Assembly (NCBI RefSeq): GCF_006345805.1
Contig: NC_043012.1
Span: forward strand, 46,314,001 to 46,378,000
Direction of reading: 5' to 3'
DNA: 64,000 nucleotides
From: Octopus sinensis
Lineage: Eukaryota
The notes under the pieces are model-generated. The model did not search any database, had not been told where the DNA came from, and worked only from the letters and a program-made list of their open reading frames with translations. Below, one piece after another: positions 24,927-39,746 of this stretch; position 1 is the first letter of the stretch, and each line of letters starts with the position of its first letter. A program made the translations under genes and the position numbers.

Positions 24927-25145
24927 ATCATCATTATCATCATCATCGTCGTCATCATCATCACCACCATCATCACCACCATCTTCTCCTTCTCCTCCTT
25001 CTTCTTCTTCTTCTTCTCTTCTTCTTCATCATCATCATTATCATCATCATCGTCGTCATAATCATCACCACCATCACCATCATCGTCATCTTCTCCTTCT
25101 CCTTCTCCTTCTCCTTCTTCTTCTTCTTCTTCTTCTTCTACTTCT
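24890..25145. repeat. Low-complexity (TTC)/(TCA)/(CCA) tract with an internal ~125-bp duplication, in the PLE 3' UTR
   Basis: The block CTTCTTC...TCATCATCATTATCATCATCATCGTCGTCAT...CACCACCATC...TTCTCCTTCTCC occurs twice. Confidence 0.8.
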
Positions 25146-25500
25146 CCACCCCCTACCCCTTAACTTTGTCACTAATGTTTTTTAGTATAACACCTACGCT
25201 AATTCTATAAACAAGCCTGTCAATATAAATATTCTCCTGAATTGAACTGAGACTGCCAGCCGCCACTGACCATTCAAAATACGACCATCAGGGCACTCCC
25301 AGATTCTCCCACCCCCCTTTCCTCACCAGCCCTCTTCCTCTACTACCCTACCAAGAACTCACAACGACCTCGAACACACAAGTGCAAACAAGGGAGTCAG
25401 AGAAAGGCAGAATGCCACTTATATCTGAACACTACTATAGAAATATTCCTTTAAAAAAACTTTTCTTCTAATTTTTCTAAATTTAATTATTTAATCGTTA

Positions 25501-25538
25501 CAGTTGAAAAGGTCTCAAAATGACCGAAACCGGTACTG
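25501..25538 (+). ncRNA. Minimal type I hammerhead, U3-A8 core variant, in the PLE 3' end; predicted GUA cleavage after 25535
   Basis: CAG TTGAAAA GGTC tcaaaat GACC GAAA CCG GTA^CTG. Stem II 4 bp, helix III palindrome ACCGGT, stem I CAG/CTG with a short extension. Confidence 0.7.
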
Positions 25539-25650
25539 AAATGTTCACTATAAAATTATTTTAGCATTTTCTATTTTTGACTTGTTTTTTCATATATATA
25601 TAATATATATATATATTGTAAAAAGGAATTAAAAAAATATTGCATCTGTT

Positions 25651-25699
<49 letters not shown>

Positions 25700-25759
25700 G
25701 AATGATGTGCTATTAAAACTTACCTCGAACTAGTTATGTTTTAACATCATGTCCCATAA

Positions 25760-26086
25760 AATAGTCATAGTGTGTTCCTGCCACTTTTGTAAGCGAGTCG
25801 AGGACCCTCTGCGATTCGCTCTAAATGTCGCTCTAAATGCAGTGTTAAAACTGCAACCCTTCAGCTGCATTTTCATCTAGGGGAAGAGATGGAAGTTTGC
25901 CGGTGCTAAATATGGAGGATGCCGAACTGATACCATGTTGGATTTTGACGAGAAACTTGCGAGTGAGGAGAGCTCAGTCACGAGCTGCATTGTCGTCGTG
26001 AAGAATGTAATTTTTCGTGCTCCACAAATATGGTCGTTTTCGCCGAATCTTCCCCAACAAGCACTCCAAAATACGCAATAGAACAC
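25760..26086 (-). mobile_element. Mariner transposase C-terminal fragment
   Basis: SKSNMVSVRHPPYLAPANFHLFP*MKMQLKG resembles HPPYSPDLAPxDFxLFPKMK. Confidence 0.7.
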
Positions 26087-26306
26087 TAGATTGACGGACT
26101 GACTCCGGAGGACGAATTATTCTTTGAATCTGGAATAAATACATGGCAGTTCAGTTTGTTTGATGTGTAATAAAGATATAATGTAATGATAGTAATCTGG
26201 GACATTAATAAATGACACCTGTAAAAAATCTCACACCACCTGAAATGCACTTCGTGTATGTTCATACGCACACATACACACACACACACACACCACACAC
26301 ACACAC

Positions 26307-26359
<53 letters not shown>

Positions 26360-29300
26360 CAGCACACACATATCTATGTGTGTGTGCATACATATAAACA
26401 TCCTTTTACAAAGGTTCATGCATATATGAATGCATATGCGTCTGTATCTGAGGGAGTACCTTCTCTTTCTATGGATCGTTTCAATAATTACATCACTTTT
26501 GCAGCGCGCCTGAAATAAACGAACAAGCTCACTTTAAAATTCATCGTTGCCCCCCCCCCCCCCCACCACCACCACACACACAGACAAACACGCACACAGA
26601 CACACGCACACACACACTCACACAGACATTTTATAGTAGTTGAGCAATTACCTCAACGTTGTAGCTTTATACTTCATATCACTGTTGGTGTTTACAGCAA
26701 TGTGGTAGTCGCCTACGACATTTCCCAGGTTTCACCCGAGAACTAGCAGTAATGAAATGGAAAACCCCCAGAAAATGCTTTAGACAATGACTTTCTAATA
26801 TTCAACATTATTTCATTTTTATTTTGGCACCAGTAAATTTTATTAATTGCTCCTGGTTGTATTTTTAAGTAGACTGGGAATTATACATCCATGGAAGTTG
26901 TATGCAAGGCATCGTTCACATGAGATGAAATGTATAACACTTTATGGATATGTGATTATTTTAGATCTATAGAAAATGCATAAAGCTATTCCCTGTCATT
27001 TCTATCTTAAATATCGTCACAAGATATTGATATGAGCTGAAACTCTTACATACAACATAGTAGATGTCTATCAACATACGTTTCTGGGTGTTCATCTATA
27101 TTGATTTCACGGCAGTCAATATTATTAATCATCTACTGGAAACGCTTGTCACCACCACCTCAATCCTTCAAGTGTGACTACTTTTTAATTGCTTCTGATG
27201 TTTCTGTATGTCAATCCGTACGAGATGAGCTGATGAGAAAAATATAGGCGATGTTTAAATATAAATGGATGTATTCGCCATGGAATATGAGATTTGGATG
27301 ACTTGGCAGAGTAGAAGAAAATGATAATATTTACAACAGAAATTTACTATTCAAAGACAACTGTCATTCGGTTATTTAAAGTGGAGCTTAGAGAATCAAA
27401 AACCATGTCTGTTGTCATTATAGCTCAGCTTTAGTTATTGAAGTAAAAATTATTTCGTGTGTTCCACGTCCCCAGCTAACTCCTTCGTGGCAACTCTTAA
27501 CCAGAGGTCGGTTGGCATGAAGCCTTTCTTAGCTCCCTTGCACATTTAGGTCAACTGGATCATACCTTATTGAGTATTGGACCAAATTGTATCGTTTGCT
27601 TTATAAATACTTGCATAAAGGACAATTGGTTGGATTCTTTGATAGATTTGAGTCCATTAGTTTTCGGTAAAATATATAGTTAAAACGAAGATGATGGAGC
27701 AAAATTATGAACTGATTTTACGTCTTCACTTGAGACTGTATGTGAAGTCGGTCCGTGAACCTTTTGATGTATTACTGTACCAAACAAAAGTTTGGACGCT
27801 TTGATTCGAGAATGCTACCAGGCAATTGTAGCTATCTTTTGAAAGCATATTTGCATCATATAGGGATTTCACGATTTGTGTGAACTATAATGGGCTAAGG
27901 TTACTCACTTATTACTGTATTACAGAGTTCAGTTACCGTTCGAGAATAAGTTCTGTAGACACAGATTCTTCAGTGTCAATTGTAGAACTATATTCCACGC
28001 AATTATTATCAATAAGTTACCCTGACGGCAAACGGAAAGTAAATTGAAATATTTTCTCTTGATGGAGAGATAATTCACAAAGAAAAAACAATTTTTTTGT
28101 CGAGCATTTGTTTGCTTGCAGTCAATTTAGAAACAAAATCTTATTTGAAAGTTTGTTATGCAGTGTATGTTTGAAATACCTATGAGTATGAGTCAATTTC
28201 CTTTCAGTTTCTCGTTTCTCCAGCCTTATATATATAGATTTAGGATAATATAATGATGCGCTCAGAAGTGCTCCTACGATTACAAGGCACAGCAATCATA
28301 CATTTGTCTTAAATGTATGAATGATACACTAAATAGTATAATAAATGATCCTCTATATCCCAAAGAAATATAGAAAATACTACGAGTTTACAAGATAAAA
28401 GTCGTGTGTTAAGCAAGTGAGGAGTTATGCATGTCGGTGTTTCTGTTTTCCTTTCTCTCCAAGTGTTGGGATACTATCGCCCATACTCTTGTCACAAAGC
28501 TTTGCAAGGCGGCACTTTTCTCCGTTATAAAATTTATAGTTTGTAGCTTGAGATACTTTTCTTTTATTTTAAATAAAACATTGCTCAATAGAGGTGGAGA
28601 AACTATCAAATTATATGTATATTCAAGCAGAGGAGAATCATGAACATATAAATAGCATGAAATATACATGGAAAAATAAGAACATTACAAGTATATCGGG
28701 TCGCACAACATTATACACGAAATATAGCTCTACTAGGTGCTGTCCACAATCTACACAAGATAAATGTCTGTTCAATACGAAAACACAAGTGAACAATACA
28801 TATTATGTTCAATGGGCACTTAACGGAAATAAAAAAAAAATTATTGTCATATCATATTCACGAAGGTAGCTCTACTAATGAATATAGCTAAAACTATTCG
28901 TCACTATTATCACCTAATCAAATAACACAGTACATACGCTTATAAAATTGATGTTGAAAGCTCTAATAGCAACAACTCACACAGCCTCTACATATTTCTC
29001 ATCAGTTGGTATAATGCAATCCCAACATCATGTACTTTACACAATCGTTACTTTACGATAAAACACTTAACACACATTAGACAGTACATTTGAATCACAA
29101 ACATCACCCAGCAAAAGAAAACATCTTTTTGCAATAGGCACAACATTATAAAAAACAATCAATCCAAATCACACTTCAAAAACTGTTCTACAACACTTGC
29201 AGAATACTAAGGTGTACCTGGCTGTATCAGAGAAGCTCAAATTAAACTGTTTAAAACATAATGACTTCGATAATATAAACAAAATAATAATACGTTAACA

Positions 29301-31654
29301 AATATTTAAAACATAGCTTCTATTAATATGATGGGTATTTATTACATTAAAAAATTACGGTGGCGATAATTTGCTGATGGAAAGACGAATGATTGCAATA
29401 GGTTGCTTTTATAAATTTCTTTTTTGCAAATTTACAAGAAAACAAAACGTTAAAGAATGTTTTTCAAGCAACACTTCAGCAAAGGAAATCAAAGTTTGCT
29501 ACTCACTGTAATTGGTCTATTTACTCCAATGTACAACATACTTTAAGTCTTCATATATGCTTTTTAGAGTATCACTTTTTTACCTTCACTGTTTTATTTT
29601 TTTATAACAACAATTACCTTAGTTTAATGAGTGCCTATCCTATGTTGAATGACTGTCCTCCTATAGAAACATTGTATGTGTCACTATTGAATTCTTTACG
29701 GTGTTGTATTATTTTTCTTTTATTATTTATTTGTAATTTTACAACACTGTTTTCATTTTATGTGCTATAAAAGAATGATTAGAAGCATTATAATTGCACT
29801 TGAAAATTGTCAAAGATGTTTCATTAAAAAAAACTGTTCAATTGAAAAGAGTGATAAAATTGATAAAAATAGACAAAACATCCGTGAATATGACGATATT
29901 TTAACAAATAAAAAGTATAGCTTGTAATATTATTTTAAAACTAACAGTAGATTTGGTGGCACTTGCTGCAAACAAATGCCAATTAAAATCTAGGAAAAAA
30001 ATGTTCACATTCCCACAACGATGGACAGAGAAATATACAAAGAAAATAAAATATATAGTAATAACATATTAACATATGCACATCCAAAAGCACACGGTGT
30101 TGCAAAGAAAAGAATAAAACATTTCAATTGCAATTATGAAAACCAAAGTATCCCGAGGATAATGATGATGATTTGTGTGCAGAAATAGTTTTTCTTTATC
30201 AGAGCAACATGCAACCAAAAATATGTAGTGTGGGTGAATTAAAAGTTTAGAGGAATGTATAGACAGTTTTTGAACCGTCTTTGAGGTTTTTGACGTACGA
30301 AGTCACGCTATAGCGTTAGTGACGGGGATTAGAGCTGAACATGTATCGTAAACGTTAAGGCTACTGTTAAACACATTAATTTATTGACCTGAATGTAGAA
30401 AATTCTCATTGAAACGAAACGATTTAAAATTCAGTTTCTCAATAGATGGAAATATTCATATACAAAAGTAGGCATAGACACACACGTGTTCTCAAGAAGC
30501 AATAAAGTGCTGTACACATACACAAACATACACTTCTGTGTGTGTGTGTGTGTATGTGTGTGTGTTAAAACGTTACTAATTCGAATTAGATAATATAAGA
30601 GTTATCCGTTATTTAGAACTTTAGGTATATCTAACTTCCATTCAGTTATTGAACATAGTATGTCCTTATATTTTTGTTTGGTTCTATATAAAATTCTATA
30701 AATTACAGAATGTAATTGTACATCCGAGAGTACAGTAAAAGTGGATATCCGGTTAAATTTTCTATTGTAATATAAATTGCGTGAAATTTGAACGTGTTCA
30801 CTAGCATATACTATGTGCCATGCGGTAATTGTTACGTTCTTGATAGCATAATCACCTTTGAACGTCGGATAATCAAAAGAAAAAATAATTCGATCCATTA
30901 TCGATTACCAATGTCAAATTGTAGGCAGAGCAAACTGAGAACTGCGTTTATGTTCGGTAACTTCGTTTGTATATAACCCTAAAACAAAGGAGTTTTCTTA
31001 TTTTTATTAACAGAGAAATGAAGAGGGAAAGAGAAAGGGAGAGAGAGCGAGAATGAGAAAGACATTGCTTATAAACATAGTCAGGGTGCTTGAGGAAGTG
31101 CACTAATTCGACTGCTAAGGTTCAAGTAAGTACATGCATGATTATTAGCACGCTTATATGAAAGCTTACACACATGCATACACGTATACCAAATGTTATG
31201 CAAGTTGGAATACTGTTTCACATGTATGTACACACCGTCCATTTCAATCATACTAGTATCACCCGTCTCAAGAAAGGAAAGAGGGAGAGAAAACAAAACG
31301 ACAAAAAACGCTAATCAATTTCTTTAAAATATTAATGTATATCCTAGATCATATTTCGTATATCGTATATCTGTTTACTTGTTTATATATCTATTGTATG
31401 TGCTTATGGATGTTGTTCAGCCCTAAAATGATCTGAAACGGTGCTTCCTTTAGAAAAAGGATTTTGGTTTTCGAATTCTGCGTCCCAAAGGAAAGGACGC
31501 CCATGAATAATAATAAAAATATATAATTTTCTACGAGAAATAACTTAACTTTTAGATAGACAACTCTCCTATTCTCTATCATCGTCAATGTATCTCTCAA
31601 TATATGCCTACCATACGTTTTGACACTCATTGTCTTTGTATATGTGCGAGGAGT

Positions 31655-31800
31655 TTTACAGGGCTTAAAAGCAATGAAGGGCCGCTGCAATACGTGTTTG
31701 CCTGAGAGGTTAATACGTTGGATAAAATCATAATTTACTGATCCTCCTGGGTTTTCTTCTACCCAACGTCTGGAACTTTTTCAGCAGCCCCTCGTAGTGC
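31655..31800 (-). mobile_element. Mariner-type terminal fragment
   Basis: Minus strand begins TACGAGGGGCTGCTGAAAAAGTTCC, a TA plus CGAGGGG TIR start like that at 58942. Confidence 0.45.
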
Positions 31801-32023
31801 CTATTACGCACAAATCCTGTTTTCTGATTGGGTAAAAGTGATCAAGCTTTAAACTTCCGTAACATTTTCAAAAATTTTTGTGGAATTAATGAATCAGTAA
31901 CTCGAATACAGCGTAAAAAATTAAATCATTAAAAAAATTTGAAACTTTTCACTTAATTTTAAAATTTCAAACTCTTTGACAGCAAATCAAAATATCTCCC
32001 TCTCTTTCTACACACACACACAT

Positions 32024-32076
<53 letters not shown>

Positions 32077-32081
32077 ATATT

Positions 32082-32115
<34 letters not shown>

Positions 32116-32449
32116 ATTCAGAGAAGAATACAGTGTACGTTCAAACACAAAAGAGATACCGAAGAATAGGATATCTGACACGCTAGAAAGAGCAGTTAAA
32201 ACTCCAAGCCACTAAACTAAGAATTTTTAGATGAATATTCTTGCTACCCTAAGATTTTAATTAATGATAAAATGTTTTTTGGCTACTTCTGGAAGGAAAT
32301 CGGCAATTTATTTATTTAGTGCTGGTTGAGTTACCGCATCTGCGCGGTCAATTCGAAAAATTAGAACCTATAGACACGTGGCAGGTTATTTATCGCTCCG
32401 TGCCTGACGGAATATACCTATATACCTATAGTTTTTTGACAGACAGCAG

Positions 32450-33832
32450 CATACTCCCTAATGAACAGAAAGGATGTAAACGTGGATCCTACGGTTGTAA
32501 AGATCAACTACTCATCAATAAGATGATCTTAGATGATTGTCACAAACGACACAAAAACTTATCAATAGCCTGGATAGACTATAAAAAGGCTTTTGGTAGC
32601 CTACCACATAGCTGGATTAAGAAATGCCTATAAATGTATAAGATAGCACCTACTCTGCGAAACTTTTTGTCTGTAAGTATGAGATCATTGAGAACCACAC
32701 TAAATTTTAACAACGACAATGAATCTCTAAATGCTGGTGATGTAAAAATTTCATGTGGCATTTTCTAAGGTGACTCACTATCACCACTCCTCTTCTGTTT
32801 AGCCTTAATACCTCTCTCAAAACTGCTCAATGACGCGCAGTACGGATATAAAATATTTGATAAAAATATAAATCATCTCATTTACATGGATGATTTAAAG
32901 CTCTTTGCAAAAAATGACCAACAACTCAAGGGCTTACTAGCGATTGTCAAACAATTCAATGATGACATCAAAATGCAATTTGGCCTCGATAAGTGTGCAA
33001 AAGCTACCTTATCAAGGGAAAAATGACAGAAACATCTAACGTTAACCTACCAACAAGAAACTACCAGGCCAACATATTAAAGATCAGCAGCAGTCCAACT
33101 TGTCGTGTAAGCCAGCAACAAAATGAAACCATTGATCATGTGGTCTCCAATTGCAGTCTTCTAGTGCCTACAGAGTATCTCAACAGGCACGATAGAGCTG
33201 CACAATATATTTACTGGGTAATCTGCAAAAACCTGGATTTGCCCCATGAAAAAAAACTGGTGGGAACACAAACCACCCCCAGTGCTTGAAAATGACCTCA
33301 TTTCACTCCTCTGGAACTTCACCATTCAAACTGGCAGAAAGATAGATGCAAATAGTCCAGACATCATATTGAAAGACTTCAAACAAAGAACATGCCTCCT
33401 CACTGTCCCAATCGATATAAACGTATCTGTCAAGACCTACCAAAAACTGAGCAAATATAAAGATCTTGAATTAGAAATCAGCAAAATGTGGAACCTGAAG
33501 ACTAAAACAATACCTGTTGTCATAGGTGCCCTGGGAATGATAGCAAAAGGGGCTGACAGCTACCTAACTCAGATACCAGGAAACCAAAAAATGGCAGAAA
33601 TTCAAAAGATAGTGCTCAGGGGAACTGCTCATATCCTACGCAAAATACTCTCTATGTAATCTCAAGGTTTAAAACAAACATTTTTTCTTTTTTAGACATC
33701 CACCAGTACAACACAAAAAACAACCAAATATATGGCACACTAGGCATAACAACAACGTGAACTTCCAACCTGTTGTCTCCTGAGGACCCTGGGTGAGACT
33801 TGGAGCCAACTTGTAGAAATATAAAGCAAAAG
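32450..33832 (+). mobile_element. R4/Dong-type LINE, internally deleted (RT, CCHC, RLE, 3' UTR, (AAT)n tail)
   Basis: EQKGCKRGSYGCKDQL, AWIDYKKAF, GDSLSPLLF, HLIYMDDLKLF, CR...ETIDHVVSNC, RHD, PDII, KLSKYKDL, PVVIGALG; followed by (AAT)n at ~33840-33922. Confidence 0.9.
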
Positions 33833-33838
33833 TCAAAC

Positions 33839-33923
<85 letters not shown>

Positions 33924-33924
33924 G

Positions 33925-34220
33925 TAGCTTGCTTACCAACCACATGGTTCTGGGTTCAGTCTCACTGCGTGGCAACTTGGGCGAGTGTCTTCTACAATAG
34001 CCTCGGGCCGACCAAAGCCTTGTGAGTAGATTTGGTAGACGGAAACTGAAAGAAGTCCGTCGTATATATATATATATGTGTGTGTGTGTCGTGTGTGTGT
34101 GTGTGTGTGTGCGTATGTGTGTGTGTCTGTATTTGTCCCCCAACATCGCTTGACAACAGATGCTGGTGTGTTTACGTCCCCGTACCTTAGCAGTTCGGCA
34201 AAAGAGAACGATAGATTAAG
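33925..34220 (+). mobile_element. tRNA-derived SINE with internal (TA)/(GT) microsatellite
   Basis: GGTTCTGGGTTCAGTCTCACTGCGTGGCAACTTGGGCGAGTG...GGAAACTGAAAGAAG...TTCGGCAAAAGAGAACGATAG; complementary to 10062 and 15830. Confidence 0.8.
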
Positions 34221-34278
34221 ATCTGAAAAATTCTCGTATTTCTATTATGAATATTACCCTGACGGGTACTCAGCTAGT

Positions 34279-34338
<60 letters not shown>

Positions 34339-34648
34339 ACGAAGAAGGAAAATACTACTTGGGTACATTTTAATCTTCCTTTATATAACTACATTAAAAG
34401 AAGAATGTTTTGGTTTTGTTACACATGTTCGGGTTTTTGAAAAACCTTATCAAAGATAGTGCGGTCAAGACTTGCTTTCTATAGAAGTGGCTGTAGCAGT
34501 CGAATAACTAGGAGCAGTAGTAATAATAGACGTCGTTCTGAAGTTGTCCCCGCTGAGGTTTTAACAGAAATCGGGTTCTTCGAACCTTTGTCTTTATTTC
34601 TTATGAATAACTTGAATATCCATATATCCATATATATATATATACACA

Positions 34649-34715
<67 letters not shown>

Positions 34716-34799
34716 CATATACAGTTATGTATACACATACATACATATGCATTAAAATGCACATGTATAAAAATAAGTCTCAGTTTGCGACTTTAAATA

Positions 34800-35885
34800 A
34801 TTTTGACTAGGTCGATACTTTCTTGTGAAATGCATCTCCTTGGTAATCCGTTCATTTTGGCTAGCATTGTCTTTTGAATTTGCATAATGGAAAAGTTGAG
34901 AATTTGTGAAATTTGTTGGATGCACATTCATCGATATGCTGGCTGAGAGGTATTTTCCTGTATCCCTGGTTGTCTAAGTTCTTGTGTATTTCGTTTAAAT
35001 ACTCGTTGGATCGTATTGTCGATTAAGGTTTGTGGGTAATTCCTATTGATGAGTGTGGTTTTCAATTCCTGGAATCGTGTGTAACGGTGTTTTCATCTGA
35101 TACTTTTGTGCATATTCTTTTGGCTAAACAAAATGGGATATTCCATCCTGGTATGTCTCGGGTGGCTAGAATCAAATGGCAGGTACTGTTTCGAGTCCGT
35201 GGGTTTGTAATAAATATCTGTCTCTGTTTTGTTCCCGACTTTCTTAATAAGGATATCTAAAAACGGTAGTTGTTCCTGGTTGTACTCTATTGTAAATTGG
35301 AGGTTTTCATTTATTCAATTTAGAAGTGTTTGGAATTCGTTAAGTTTTTTAATACATTCATTCAAGAGGATGATGCAGTCATCGTGATATTTTTTTTGGT
35401 TGCAATTCTTTTGAATGTAGATTGAAAAGTAATTTACATATTTCTTTGGTATATTCTAATTTCCAGATAGCCCATTACCAGGTTCCCAAAGCAAGATGCA
35501 GCCTGTGTTCCTATTGCTGTCCCCAATTTTTGTCGGAAGTAGTCATTGTTAAATATAAAATATTGTTTTCTGGGATAAATCTTAGTCCTATTATGAGTTC
35601 TTTTTTAATGCGAGACAGGGGTTCATAGGTATAATTGTCCGACCAGAATGTGAAAGCTTTTATTCCTAGGGTGTGGGGAATATTTGAATAAAGTTTGACT
35701 ACGTCGAAGTACACTAGCAGTGCTTTCTCATTGGCCGTTTTGGGTCGCTGGTTGAGCATGTCCAGATTATCTCTTATATAACGCTTGATGTGTTTGAAGA
35801 AGGGCTTCAATAGAGTGTCCAGGAAGTAGCTGAGGCGGTGGGGTTTGCATGCTGGACCTGCTATTATTGGGTTTAGTTTCATGTC
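34800..35885 (-). mobile_element. Penelope-like element fragment (RT), same family as 21130-25590, with deletions
   Basis: KLNPIIAGPACKPHRLSYFLDTLLKPFFKHIKRYIRDNLDMLN...FDVVKLYSNIP closely parallels ~23200-23400. Confidence 0.85.
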
Positions 35886-37392
35886 ATCAGAAAGTAAGAT
35901 AACCGGAGGCTTAACATCATTTAGGAGCTTTCAGAAAGCAGGCTTGAGAACACTAGTGATGGGCAGCAATGCTTGACCTGGTCACCTCTACGTACGATGG
36001 CACCTCTGGGACCATTCAGCGGGCATGATCCCGGCCCGTCAAGCAAGGCCATGAAAGAGAAGCAGAAACAGAAAGACGATGTTTCTCCTGCAAAACTTAC
36101 TTTGTGCTAAATGCAATGAAAGCATTGTACTTGTCAATATCTTTTTAGATGTGACGTAGTTTTGGAAGGCATATATTGCTTACCCTCAGGCTATTCAACT
36201 GTGTACCTGTTGTGTATCACATTTGCGCGTTTGCTTCTAATTTAATCCTTCTAAATACATCGTTGTATTTTATATATTTATCAGTATCGCCCTTTTTTTA
36301 AAATTTCATTTTGTTACACTGACAATGTAATATTCAAGTTATTATATTTCTAATAGGCTTTGACAGAGCCTCTTTCACTTGTACCCAGCAGTTTTCTCGG
36401 ACATCGCCTCGCCTCTCAACATATCTTTTCCTTTTATAATTTAACATATACCATTTGGAAGCGTGCTAAATATGTACGCCATTATGCATAAATGTAATAA
36501 ATGCAAATAAATAAACGCTTTACAAAAACAATTATTTATATAAGAAGAGGAAAAACTTGCACAAATGCAGACATTCCCATGAAAAAGTTTATTTGGAACC
36601 GTATTAGATTCATCCTAAATGAAGTCATTCAAAGTAAACAATGGTTATGTGTCCTTTGTTTTAGAACATATGGTATTTTACTTCAATTTTCATATTTCAA
36701 ATGCATTCGCCTACTGAATTAAAAAGTCACTCAACGTATTTCATTACTGAACGCAAGAACTTTATCCCAATATATCTGTAAGATTTTACGAGATGATAAC
36801 TCAGTCATTCCATCTTGTAGGAATTTTATTTCTACGTCAACAACAAAATGTAAAAATAATCATACTTAACATCTGTTCTGTCTCGCATCTCTTTTCAAGC
36901 AGAACCATTGCTTGAAATCTGCATGGACTTAAATCCTATCATTATTCACAAAATTATTTTTAGTTTTCTATTCCTTTCAAAGTGAATTAAAAACTTTCTA
37001 ATTCAAAAGCACCAAATGCAATATAATGTGTATCGATCTAAAGATTTCAAATACAAATCCTATTAATAGCGTTGTGAAATCTTCTTCAGATGTTTGTGTC
37101 AACTAATGCTAAATAGAAATCTCATACCAATAATTAAAAGCATTTGCTAAAGTAATTCAAAGTATGGTGAAACAAAATTTTAGTTGGGATCGCTTTTCTA
37201 TTTCTTAAGCTATTTGAATAAATCCAACTCTCTTGTGTAAATTATAGTAATATACATCCGTACATACCAATATACACATACGCAGGAATACATACTCAAA
37301 AAATGCATGTATATAAATAAATTACACACACACATTCACGTACACACACATTCAACACTTACGCATATTAACACATATGCACATTAACACAT

Positions 37393-37472
<80 letters not shown>

Positions 37473-38159
37473 TATATATATATATATATAATATCTCTTT
37501 ATTTTATCCCTGATTTCCTCAGTCTTCAAGGCCGCTTAACCATTGACATGGAGTATGATTTGAAATCAGAATAAATAGATATCACATGGCACCCCAGGAG
37601 ATGCTTTGGTTATATATTTATCGATCTCTGAATGTATGAAAACAGTTGATCTTGACAAGATTTGAACTCAGAGCACAGAGAAGTGGATCAAATTTTGCAA
37701 GAACCTTCAATCAAGCATCATTAGTGACCACAGGTTTTCACAGGTCCAATTAGTGTGTAAATTATGTTAGTATACACCTATGTAGTTGTGTAATAAAGAA
37801 TTCGTCTCGTAATGAAAATGTAGATTCTTAATAACATTCTAAAATCAACTTCAGTCAAGTTACGTCAAATTTTATGTCGGACAGGTGTTCATAGGATGAC
37901 AAAAAATTTCTGAAAAATGTAGGAACATATAAACATGTCGCCTCCGCAATTGCAATCGAAAATATTGAGCTTGAAGCTCTATTTTAACGCGCAAAACATT
38001 GCTTAAGTAACTTTATTCTGATCTACACTTTTATTGATGATAACCTGCTGAATTGAATTTGACGGGCGGAAATATATATTTTTACATGTATACATAAGTG
38101 ATTCTGTGTGTGTTTGAGTGAATGTATATATATATATATGCAAGTGTCTTGTATTACAG

Positions 38160-38430
38160 CGCCGAGTAGTCCAAAGTCTCGTGATAGGATTAAGTAGACG
38201 CAAACTGAAAAAATGCCCGTCCTATGTGTGAATGTGCTGGTGTTTATTACTCACACCGCAATAAAACCGATATTGTTTTGTTTACAGTTCCCTGACGTAA
38301 TAATTCGTTAAATAGACCGATTGAATAAATACCAGCCATAAAAAAAAGAACTGTGGTGGATTCGTTCGTCTAAAAGCCTTGAAGGACATGTCTAAGACCG
38401 GCGGCAGTTAGATGACTGAAACAAGTAATT
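38160..38430 (+). mobile_element. Old degenerate SINE
   Basis: Remnants CAAGTGTCTT..., GCAAACTGAAAAAATGCCCGTC and GCAGTTAGATGACTGAAACAAGTAA. Confidence 0.5.
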
Positions 38431-38751
38431 CACACATAAAGGTCAGTGTTGTTTGAGCGCGCGCGTGTATATATATATATATATATATGTACATACACAC
38501 ACACACACATATATATATATAAGAAATGTTATGTTACGTTTTTTGTATTGAAAAATATATTCAACCGATGTGGTTCAATTTGTTTGTCTCAATTTTCTGA
38601 TTATTTAAATTTTATATATATACATATGTGTGTGTGTGTATGTATGGGTGTATATATATATATGAACATATATATGCATATACATACACACACATATATA
38701 AATGAATAAATATTCAAAAGGAATAATCGTAAATATATTATTATTATCATA

Positions 38752-38812
<61 letters not shown>

Positions 38813-38834
38813 TATTATTATTATTATTATTATC

Positions 38835-39655
38835 ATCATTCAGTAATTCTATTTTTATAGCGTGCTTTCACTTCACTACCGAGTGCAGCTCTGTGTGCCT
38901 TAGGTATGTGCTGTGATTTGTTGTGATGCTCTGATGGTTATTGTATGGAAAGTGTTCTGCGTAGGATGTGTGCAGTGCCTAGTAGTGCAATTTTCTGTAT
39001 GTTATATGTGTTTGTAAGTCCTGGTGTTTTTGTTATGTATTTGTCTGAATATTTTTTTTATCATGCCTAATGCACTTACTATGATAGGAATTGTTTCTGT
39101 TTTTAGATTCCACATTCTGGTTACCTCTATTTCCAGGTCTTTGTATTTTGAAAGTTTCTCCATTTCTTTTAGAGACACGTTGTCATCTGCCGGTATTGAT
39201 ACATCAATTAGAAAGCATTTTTTTCTTCATGATCTCTGACAACTATATCTGGTATGTTGGCCTTAATTTCTCTGTTTGTGTGTATCGGCATATCCCAGAG
39301 TATGGTTGCTTTCTCGTTTTCTGTGACCTTTTCTGGTGTATGCCTATACCATCTTTTTTCTGTTGTTATTCCATAATGTTTGCATAGCTTCCAGTGTATG
39401 TAGGTTCCAACTTTGTCATGTCTGTGAATATATTCCTTCTTAGCTAGGACTGGGCAGCCAGAGATAATATGATTTATTGTTTCTTGTCCATCTCCAAATA
39501 TTCTGCAGTTACTTGTTATATTTCTTTTCACTACATGTTTTTGGTAATTTCTGGTTGGGAGGCTTTGGTCTCGTGCTGCAATTAAAAATCCCTCTGGCTC
39601 TGCTTTGAGTCCTGAGCTTCTCAACCCTTGCTGGGATTTTTCTTTGTCTATATTT
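38835..39655 (-). mobile_element. R4/Dong-type LINE 3' part (CCHC plus RLE), between two (ATT)n tracts
   Basis: GLKAEPEGFLIAARDQSLPTRNY...CRIFGDGQETINHIISGCPVLAKKEYIHRHDKVG...PDIVVRD; tail (ATT)n at ~38750-38830. Confidence 0.9.
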
Positions 39656-39686
39656 ATTACTATTATTATCATTATTATTATTATTA

Positions 39687-39746
<60 letters not shown>

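Larger units (their letters stand above)
21130..25590 (+). mobile_element. Near full-length Penelope-like retroelement (RT plus GIY-YIG endonuclease)
   Basis: Coding relic 21608-24757, then a (TCT)/(TCA) low-complexity 3' UTR and a hammerhead at 25501-25538; both ends sit in TA tracts. Confidence 0.9.

Noticed and set aside
30602-30898. 98-aa minus-strand ORF
   Set aside because: In-frame stop just upstream, no clear splice signals, no recognisable motif.
37522-37574. Possible terminal exon LQGRLTIDMEYDLKSE*
   Set aside because: Short, adjoins a decayed SINE, and has no supporting context.
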